Below, piece after piece: positions 33,876 to 40,464 of a stretch of DNA of 40,464 nt; within the stretch, counting starts at the first letter, position 1, and each line of letters opens with the position of its first letter. Location: the IMG/VR virus record IMGVR_UViG_3300028413_000003, positions 1 to 40,464 of that record. One strand, 5' to 3'. Both the position numbers and the translations under genes were made by a program. A model generated the notes under the pieces. The model ran no database searches. It had not been told where the DNA came from and saw only the letters and a list, made by a program, of their open reading frames with translations. Origin of the DNA: a virus (lineage: Duplodnaviria; Heunggongvirae; Uroviricota; Caudoviricetes).

Positions 33876-33952
33876 GCCGGTTTAGCTCAGTTGGTTAGAG
33901 CGCTAGTTTGTGGAACTGGAGGTCCTTGGTTCAATCCCAAGAGCCGGTACCA
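33876..33952 (+). tRNA. tRNA-His(GTG), A73 and no G-1
   Basis: Loop TTGTGGA; 3' end AGCCGGT-A-CCA. Confidence 0.9.
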
Positions 33953-33977
33953 AATATAAAAATCAAAGGATAAAGTT

Positions 33978-34400
33978 ATGGAAAGCAAGCATATAACATA
34001 CAACAGATTGGTAGGGCCAGTCAAAACATTTGAAGGTCTGCTGGGCCGTGTGTTGAGTGCTGTAACCGCCGACGACGATTCTCTGACATTGTACGTTACA
34101 GAAAACAACTTTGTTACACTAGAACATGATCAAGATTGTTGCGAAAGTGTGTACATCGAAGACATCGTCGGAGACTTAGAAGATCTAGTCGGTACTCCTT
34201 TGTTGTTGGTTGAAGAAGTTTCAAACTACGACCCGGGTCCAACTACACATAGCAACGACAGCCATACATGGACCTACTACAGATTCCGCACCATCAAAGG
34301 ATCAGTCGATGTTAGGTTCTATGGAAGCAGCAACGGTTATTACTCCGAAGGTGTGAGTGTCAAAATCTTCAACGACGACAAGAAGGTCGGCAATGAGTAG
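33978..34400 (+). CDS. Conserved phage hypothetical protein (HDQDCCESVYIED, SNGYYSE)
   Basis: Motifs recalled from many phages; AAGGA RBS. Confidence 0.75.
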   Translation: MESKHITYNRLVGPVKTFEGLLGRVLSAVTADDDSLTLYVTENNFVTLEHDQDCCESVYIEDIVGDLEDLVGTPLLLVEEVSNYDPGPTTHSNDSHTWTYYRFRTIKGSVDVRFYGSSNGYYSEGVSVKIFNDDKKVGNE

Positions 34401-34623
34401 TATTTCCAACAAAGCGTTGCTTGCATTGTTATCTGAGTCTGCACTAGACCAACTCAAGGATGCCGTTGCAGAAGAGCTTGACGGCGCAATGTATTGCACA
34501 CGGTGCTGGAGCGCATGGAGTGTCGGTACTATGTCAGCCAATGACTTTGTGCCAGCCAACGAAGAGGATGTTGTAGAGGATATGGTAATATTAATTCTCA
34601 AGGCACTGGCACAAAATGAGTAA
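34357..34623 (+). CDS. Hypothetical protein (AMYCTRCWSAW)
   Basis: Packed + strand run; start probably later. Confidence 0.55.
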   Translation: MSKSSTTTRRSAMSSISNKALLALLSESALDQLKDAVAEELDGAMYCTRCWSAWSVGTMSANDFVPANEEDVVEDMVILILKALAQNE

Positions 34624-34822
34624 AGTTGTAAACGAGTACGACGAACCAGAGGCGATTGCGTGTGCAGAATATGAAAAACAACGCAAGGCACGCGAATGGG
34701 GCCACGTTCACACTGAATCAACTTCTTATCACAAGTGGATGAGATTAGTATCACTTTCAACAGCAAGGCAGGCCGTAACAAGCCCAGCGTAGACTTGACT
34801 ACGAAATAAGAAGGAATAAACC

Positions 34823-35005
34823 ATGACAACGTTTGCCAAGATAGACGGCTGTTGGTGTTGCGTGGTAACATACCATAAATTTGAAGCAGATTATTATCGC
34901 CCAGCAGAGTGTCATCTTTGCGGAATGAATCAGGAGGCGCACATTAAATACACTGGTATTGCGCTATCCGACAAAGATGCACTCTTAAATGCGCAAAAGG
35001 AATAA
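34823..35005 (+). CDS. Hypothetical Cys-rich protein
   Basis: AAGGA RBS. Confidence 0.5.
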   Translation: MTTFAKIDGCWCCVVTYHKFEADYYRPAECHLCGMNQEAHIKYTGIALSDKDALLNAQKE

Positions 35006-35008
35006 ACC

Positions 35009-35215
35009 ATGAACCTTTACTTTGTGCCAGGAAAGCCCCTGCCTTTTATTCTTAGCGTAGTTGAAAAATCAAAGCCGACTTTCGATATGCACGGAGATAT
35101 TTTGCAAAATGGCGGCGAAGATATTGGTGTATTTGTTCGTACAACACCGTCTGGCAAGGGCATTACAGTTCGCCGCAAGATGTCTGATGTAACGCCGCAT
35201 ATAAATAACACTTAG
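35009..35215 (+). CDS. Hypothetical protein
   Basis: AAGGA RBS. Confidence 0.5.
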   Translation: MNLYFVPGKPLPFILSVVEKSKPTFDMHGDILQNGGEDIGVFVRTTPSGKGITVRRKMSDVTPHINNT

Positions 35216-35235
35216 TAGACAAGGATATTAAGAAA

Positions 35236-35418
35236 AACTATTAGGAAGTTGGCTTCGAGGCAGCCATCTTATAATGAGTGGAACGAAGTACCCTAGACGC
35301 GAGAGAAACCTTGTCGGGCTAGCAATAGTGGCAAGGCTAGAGCGCCAAGGGAAAAATATGGATAGTAGCCTGCGTTATAGACCTGGTTTTCCTTTGGCGT
35401 AACAGCACACTATTAGTT
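35236..35418 (+). ncRNA. ncRNA mimicking 23S rRNA H42-H44 (GTPase-associated centre) with a 117-nt insert
   Basis: AGGAAGTTGGCTTCGAGGCAGCCATCTTATAATGAGT...GCGTAACAGCACACTA; closing stem AACTATTAG/CTATTAGTT; TATAAATA at 35200-35207. Confidence 0.75.
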
Positions 35419-35485
35419 ATAATAAATACGTTGCACATATAAACTTTTGTGTTATAGTTGCAGTAAGAAGTGGTAAAAATAAACA

Positions 35486-37042
35486 ATGACCAAGAAATTT
35501 GATGATGTTGAATGGGACAAACAGCCCAGTGGCTATATCGAGCATAGTAAAAACAACTGCGACAAGATGCAAGAATTACTCAACGAAACTGGTCCGGGCT
35601 TTTGTTTGGCAAAATGGACACAAGTTACTATGCACTTGGGATCAGGGTTAACACACAGTTGTCACCATCCCACTGCACATAAAATTCCGTTGAACGAACT
35701 CGAAGTCAATCCTAGTGCATTGCACAACACAGAGCATAAAAAGACAGCCCGCAAGCAAATGCTCAACGGCAAAAGACCATCAGAATGTGACTTCTGTTGG
35801 CGCATCGAGGACAACACCAATGAGACCAGCGATCGCACGTTAAAAAGTTTGGATCCGTACAGTGTGCATAACTTTGATGAAATTGCTGCACTAAAGGGCG
35901 ACGAGAATGTATTTCCAAAATATATGGAAATTAGTTTCAGTAATGTATGCAATTTTAAATGTGCATATTGTGGGCCAAGCTTCAGCAGCAAATGGGTAGA
36001 TGAAATAACAGAACACGGTGCCTATTTATTCCCGGGCGTACAGTACAACGGCAATCCAGCAGAGCAAATTAAAAATCGAGAAGACAATCCATACACTGAT
36101 GCATTCTGGAAATGGTTGCCCGAAGCACTGCCGCATCTGCACACATTGCGTGTCACAGGCGGAGAACCGTTGATGAGCAAACACACTGTCAAACTAATGG
36201 AATACATGCTGGAACATCCAAATCCCAACATGGAGTTTGCCATCAACAGCAACGGTTGCCCGCCCGACAAGTTGTGGAAACAGTTTACCAAGTTGTCAAA
36301 TCAATTGGTTGATGAAAAATGTGTCAAGCGAGTTACGTTATTCCTCAGTGCCGAAAGTGTCGAGGGTCAGGCCGAATACAGCCGAGACGGTATGAATTGG
36401 AACATGCTCAAAGAAAATTTAACATACTTTCTTGGGAACACAACCGATACTCGCGTTACATTTATGGCAGCGTTTAACTTGTTCAGTCTCCCAACCTTCC
36501 TAGACTTTTTAGAATATGTGCTGTCATTGAAGAAGACGTACAACAAACACCACATATTTCAGCAATTAGACCAAAGTGGAGTCAACTTAGACAACACAGT
36601 AAACCTCGGGTTGACAAAATACAAAACATCCGGGTATACCAACACGCATCGTTCATACAATCGGATTGGCATTGATATTCCTTATGTTAGACACCCAGAG
36701 TTTTTGGATGTGGCGTTGTCAACCAAGGAACTGGTTGCTGAATTCTTGCTGCCTTCTGTGAATTTTATGTACGCAAATGCTGCCGACGAGTGGAACGGTA
36801 ATACAGGGTTTTTAAGCAACGAATCGCTTAAATTAAAAAGAATCTTATTGGATGTAATGACTGCATGTGACCTTCATCCTACAGATATCAAAACTAAAAA
36901 AATTACCCACGGAAGAAGTTCGTTCTACCAGTTTGTAAATGAATACGACCGCAGACGCGGCAAGGATTTCCTCAATACATTTCCAGAAATGACAAACTTT
37001 TATGCAACCTGCAAAGCAGCGTATGAAGAATTAAATCCGTAA
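35486..37042 (+). CDS. Radical SAM protein (with an N-terminal twitch/SPASM-like Cys cluster)
   Basis: CNFKCAYC, VTGGEP, C.FCW..E. Confidence 0.9.
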   Translation: MTKKFDDVEWDKQPSGYIEHSKNNCDKMQELLNETGPGFCLAKWTQVTMHLGSGLTHSCHHPTAHKIPLNELEVNPSALHNTEHKKTARKQMLNGKRPSECDFCWRIEDNTNETSDRTLKSLDPYSVHNFDEIAALKGDENVFPKYMEISFSNVCNFKCAYCGPSFSSKWVDEITEHGAYLFPGVQYNGNPAEQIKNREDNPYTDAFWKWLPEALPHLHTLRVTGGEPLMSKHTVKLMEYMLEHPNPNMEFAINSNGCPPDKLWKQFTKLSNQLVDEKCVKRVTLFLSAESVEGQAEYSRDGMNWNMLKENLTYFLGNTTDTRVTFMAAFNLFSLPTFLDFLEYVLSLKKTYNKHHIFQQLDQSGVNLDNTVNLGLTKYKTSGYTNTHRSYNRIGIDIPYVRHPEFLDVALSTKELVAEFLLPSVNFMYANAADEWNGNTGFLSNESLKLKRILLDVMTACDLHPTDIKTKKITHGRSSFYQFVNEYDRRRGKDFLNTFPEMTNFYATCKAAYEELNP

Positions 37043-37103
37043 CATTAGGAAAGATGATAAATTACTGGTCGACACAGCATACAAAATAATGTAGTATAGC
37101 AAT

Positions 37104-37352
37104 ATGATGACAAATGATGAACAAAAAACGTTTTATGTGCAATGTAGTGAAATACTTGGCATTGAACATGAGTGGAACGATCCAGTTCCGCGTAGAACAC
37201 GATGGAACACAAGGTTACTGGGTAACGGTAGGTTCAAAGGCTTTGGCCTGATCCGCTGTTACGACAAGCAGATTATGGTAACAAGTAGACAACAAGGTAC
37301 TAAAATGTTTGCATCCGCTGATGCAGTATACGAATTTTTGAAAGGCTTATAA
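37104..37352 (+). CDS. Hypothetical protein
   Basis: Promoter TCGACA(37069)-N17-TAGTAT upstream. Confidence 0.6.
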   Translation: MMTNDEQKTFYVQCSEILGIEHEWNDPVPRRTRWNTRLLGNGRFKGFGLIRCYDKQIMVTSRQQGTKMFASADAVYEFLKGL

Positions 37353-37393
37353 TGGAAAATAATACTATACACCGAATAAGAATAGTCTGCGTC

Positions 37394-37506
37394 GAGTTAT
37401 AATAAATCTGCCGATCACAGTGCAGTTGTAACTTGTTGGACTTAGCAGGGCGGCGTCAGAAACCTCGAGGGGACGGCTCATTATCGTCTACGCCCTGCGA
37501 CCAATA
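37394..37506 (+). ncRNA. Unidentified structured RNA immediately 5' of a pseudo-tRNA
   Basis: GCAGGGCG/CGCCCTGC 8-bp stem enclosing two hairpins; TGTTGG/CCAATA outer stem. Confidence 0.45.
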
Positions 37507-37510
37507 ATGT

Positions 37511-37586
37511 GTGGCCCGTAGCTTAGTAGGTAGAGCAGCTGAAGTTTAATCAGTGGTCGGGGGTTCAAGTCCTTCCGGGCGCACCA
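37511..37586 (+). tRNA. Aberrant tRNA with loop AGTTTAA (TTT anticodon, no U33)
   Basis: GCTGA/TCAGT stem, T-arm, CCA; imperfect acceptor. Confidence 0.5.
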
Positions 37587-37602
37587 CTATAAGGAGACTA
37601 AC

Positions 37603-37803
37603 ATGCCAAGATCCCCAGTGCCAAGAGGAGCAGGCAACATCAACATGAAGGGCAAAAAGTCCAAAAGAATGGCATGTGGCTGTTGTGATTGTATTGACTT
37701 TAGAGAAAAAGTACTGTACACTGAACATACAAAAGACATTAATGAAGCAATAAAGGACAGAGAAGATGATGACACGCAAATACTTGGTATTCTTAGACAT
37801 TGA
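37603..37803 (+). CDS. Hypothetical protein (CGCCDC)
   Basis: AAGGAG RBS. Confidence 0.55.
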   Translation: MPRSPVPRGAGNINMKGKKSKRMACGCCDCIDFREKVLYTEHTKDINEAIKDREDDDTQILGILRH

Positions 37804-38284
37804 CGGCGTGTTTACATCTGCGCGGGTAAATTATGCGCACAATGCTTCGTATGACATGTGGCACCGGTTTGACCCAGTTGCTGTGGACTTTATGAACAAA
37901 ATACACGACAAGTATCCTGTAGAATTTGTTCTAATGTCAACATGGAAGAACTTCATTGATGCAACTAGCAACCAAGCAGAGCACTGGGTAAAGGCTGCAT
38001 TTGGTAACTCGGGCTTCAGAGGTACAATTGCAAATCCATGGAAGACAGATCCAAAAGAATCGTGGATTAACAACAAAGGAATGCAGCGTGGCGACGAAGT
38101 GAGAATGTACTTAGAAGAGTACGGTGCTGATATCGCTGACTTTATCCTTTTTGACGACAACCGGTACAACTTCAAAGAAGCACTAGGAAAAGGTCGTCAC
38201 GTGTGGACAGACTCTGATGAGGGTCTGTTGTACAAGCATATGTTGGTAGCACAATCACTAATGGGAACATGGGAAAAGAAATGA
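37766..38284 (+). CDS. HAD-domain protein (Swiss-army-knife RNA-repair-like)
   Basis: VFLDIDGV, STW, RGDEV..YL, ILFDD, TDSDEGL. Confidence 0.8.
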   Translation: MMTRKYLVFLDIDGVFTSARVNYAHNASYDMWHRFDPVAVDFMNKIHDKYPVEFVLMSTWKNFIDATSNQAEHWVKAAFGNSGFRGTIANPWKTDPKESWINNKGMQRGDEVRMYLEEYGADIADFILFDDNRYNFKEALGKGRHVWTDSDEGLLYKHMLVAQSLMGTWEKK

Positions 38285-38520
38285 CAAACGAAAAATTAAT
38301 CCAACAAATTGCTACTATGGAAAATACCATTGCTGAATTAACAGAACGTATTGCCCAGGGCGAACTTACTGAAGTAATTCCATCAAACACTTCGTTGTCT
38401 GATCAGTCCGGTACTATGATCGCCAACGCAGGCGGCGTAGCAAACCTACAAGAAGACTTAGAAGTTATGATAAAAATGATGAACAAGCGCAAGCAACAAC
38501 TCAACGAACAAAAGAAGTAG
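38269..38520 (+). CDS. Hypothetical protein
   Basis: Coiled-coil-like ORF. Confidence 0.5.
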   Translation: MGKEMTNEKLIQQIATMENTIAELTERIAQGELTEVIPSNTSLSDQSGTMIANAGGVANLQEDLEVMIKMMNKRKQQLNEQKK

Positions 38521-38525
38521 GATAA

Positions 38526-38738
38526 ATGACCAAAGCAACCATGGAGCAAATGTTGGACACATATTTATTTATGTCCAAAGAAGAGCGCAATCAAAACTGT
38601 TTAGACGAACAAATATACAGTGGCAAGTTTGATACGCCTGATAAAGTTGCTCGATTGGTACATCTATCATTTGAGGCAGGATATCTTAGAGCCAGAGGAA
38701 AGTACGAAACAACCCCAACTAAGGAAAATAATGTGTAA
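38526..38738 (+). CDS. Hypothetical protein
   Basis: AGGA RBS. Confidence 0.5.
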   Translation: MTKATMEQMLDTYLFMSKEERNQNCLDEQIYSGKFDTPDKVARLVHLSFEAGYLRARGKYETTPTKENNV

Positions 38739-39294
38739 ACTAATATTCTACTATTCATCCATGAACTCTGGAAAGAGTCTTGCTGTTCTAACTAAAAACT
38801 ACATGCTGGAGGAGAAAGGATTTAAAACAGTTCTCTTAAAGCCAAGCGTAGATACTAGAACCACAGGCAGCATTTCTACAAGACTAGGCATCGAAAAAGA
38901 CTGTATAACAATCTTATCTGATGAATTACCCAGTAGTAGAATACTAAAGAGTGCAAACAACAAACCACAATTTGTGTTAGTTGACGAAGCCCAATTCTTT
39001 ACCGAAGAACAAATATGGGACCTAGCCAACTTGGTTGACAACTGGGATATCAACGTGTACTGTTATGGACTAAAGCTGGACTGGCAAGGCAACTTCTTTT
39101 TGGGGTCCGAGACACTGTTTAAAATTGCAGACAGCTTGGAACCTGTAGAAAATCTTTGCCAGTACAACAAAGGCGCACCTGCTTTCTTCCACATCAAAAA
39201 AGGTGGAAATGCTGAAAGCGTAGAAGTAGGTGCAGAAGACTTGTACGAATCTGTATCGAGAAAAAAATGGCGTGAATGGTGGAATCAAAAATGA
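38731..39294 (+). CDS. tdk: Thymidine kinase
   Basis: YSSMNSGKS P-loop, VLVDEAQFF, YGLKLDW..F.GS..L..AD. Confidence 0.95.
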   Translation: MCKLIFYYSSMNSGKSLAVLTKNYMLEEKGFKTVLLKPSVDTRTTGSISTRLGIEKDCITILSDELPSSRILKSANNKPQFVLVDEAQFFTEEQIWDLANLVDNWDINVYCYGLKLDWQGNFFLGSETLFKIADSLEPVENLCQYNKGAPAFFHIKKGGNAESVEVGAEDLYESVSRKKWREWWNQK

Positions 39295-39926
39295 CCAAAA
39301 CAAGAATCATAGGGGACATTCATGGGAACGTGCATGCATACAAAACAATCCTGGAGAACTGGAAAGGACCTAGTGTTCAAATAGGGGACTTTGGCATTGG
39401 CTTTGCTGGAGCTAGCTGGCACGACAGTGTCAACGGGTATCACACAGAAAACCCGCAGCATCGCTTTATTCGAGGCAATCATGACGATCCTGATATGTGC
39501 AAGAACGATATGCTGGGTTACATCAATGACGGCACAGTAGAAGGCGACGTGATGTACGTAGGTGGTGCATGGAGCATCGACTACCAACAGCGCACCAGGG
39601 GTCTAGATTGGTGGGAAGACGAAGAACTCAGCTATGAAGAATTATCTAACATGATAGTGTTGTACAATAAAGTCCGTCCGCGAGTGATTATTACTCACGA
39701 CTGTCCTACCAGTGTTGCATACGAGATGTTTATTTCTAAAAATCGTTCAATGAGCGGAACATTTCAATTCAAAACTAGAACAGCAGAAGCGTTTGAGCAA
39801 ATGTTTGCATTTCACAAGCCCGATCATTGGTTGTTTGGGCACTGGCACCACTCAGTCAATCAAAACATTCTGGGCACCCAATTTCAGTGCATTGACATCA
39901 ACGACTTTGTAGACATTGAATTATAG
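39291..39926 (+). CDS. Calcineurin-like metallophosphoesterase
   Basis: IGDIHG, IGDFG, RGNHDD, THDCP, FGHWH. Confidence 0.92.
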   Translation: MTKTRIIGDIHGNVHAYKTILENWKGPSVQIGDFGIGFAGASWHDSVNGYHTENPQHRFIRGNHDDPDMCKNDMLGYINDGTVEGDVMYVGGAWSIDYQQRTRGLDWWEDEELSYEELSNMIVLYNKVRPRVIITHDCPTSVAYEMFISKNRSMSGTFQFKTRTAEAFEQMFAFHKPDHWLFGHWHHSVNQNILGTQFQCIDINDFVDIEL

Positions 39927-40295
39927 TTCAATGTCGTTAGAAATGGCTATACTTAATGGTATCAATCTGTTGATAATTATGCTATCCGTTTGGAGCAGTA
40001 TTTGCAGTAGACGAACATTGCAACAGCGAAAAACAATGCTGGCCCAGTCAATACTCGATAATCAATAGATTACACTTAATTCAATGGATAAAGTTGATTT
40101 TAAACGTCGTGTAGTATCATTGATAACTTTTAAAAATCTATGGAGATTGTATAAGTTAGTGGTTGACACAAATAATAAGTACTAAAATTCAAGGCGCGGC
40201 AGTCGCAGCCCAGAATTCAACAGTTGAATTAGGATCGATTTGTCGAGTTACAGTAATAACCAGAGAATGGACATCTATCAATGAAAGAATATAAC

Positions 40296-40464
40296 ATGAA
40301 TCAAAAAGTAATCGATCCACGACTGTATATCATTATGAGAGAAGATCTACAAGACATGAATCCTGGAAAAGGCATGGCGCAAGCTGCTCACGCACAAGCC
40401 GAAATGCTGGCGCACATGGACGAAATCGACGAGGTTAGCGAAACTGACTTGCACAATGCATTTG
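40296..40464 (+). CDS. Peptidyl-tRNA hydrolase 2-like protein (truncated by the window end)
   Basis: LYIIMREDLQDMNPGKGMAQAAHA resembles the Pth2 N-terminus; not in the ORF track. Confidence 0.7.
   Translation, partial: MNQKVIDPRLYIIMREDLQDMNPGKGMAQAAHAQAEMLAHMDEIDEVSETDLHNAF

Noticed and set aside
35280-35396. Canonical group I intron in the GAC mimic
   Set aside because: U/G borders fit, but 117 nt is too short and no P7 GACUA/UAGUC core is visible.
35236-35418. Annotation as a true 23S rRNA gene
   Set aside because: Only about 55 nt resemble rRNA; the flanks are phage ORFs.
1-40464. Minus-strand ORFs in the six-frame track
   Set aside because: All are shadows of + strand genes or RNAs, lack an RBS and have no recognisable motifs.
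1-40464. CRISPR array
   Set aside because: No regularly spaced repeat-spacer series found; the repeats seen are pairs only.

Overview
A 40.5-kb segment of a large AT-rich T4-like/jumbo phage. Nearly all credible genes are on the + strand. Three markers point to an alphaproteobacterial host: a circularly permuted two-piece tmRNA, a tRNA-His with A73 and no G-1, and a hemO-pcyX-like cassette. The window contains: (i) a class Ia ribonucleotide reductase operon whose nrdA is broken into four ORFs by one cis mini-intein, two split inteins and a third, intein-free break carrying oppositely charged tails; (ii) a translation and proteostasis toolkit (bS21, IF1, TilS, YqeY, Pth2-like protein, ClpS, tmRNA, about 10 intact tRNAs); (iii) heme oxygenase, a bilin reductase and an outer-membrane porin; (iv) a tRNA region with two free-standing nuclease ORFs and many aberrant tRNA-like or structured RNAs. 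The most striking unexplained element is an intergenic RNA at 35236-35418 that reproduces the 23S rRNA GTPase-associated centre (uL11/thiostrepton site, H42-H44), interrupted by a 117-nt structured insert. All family assignments and RNA folds come from manual reading and recalled motifs; no database search or folding program was run.
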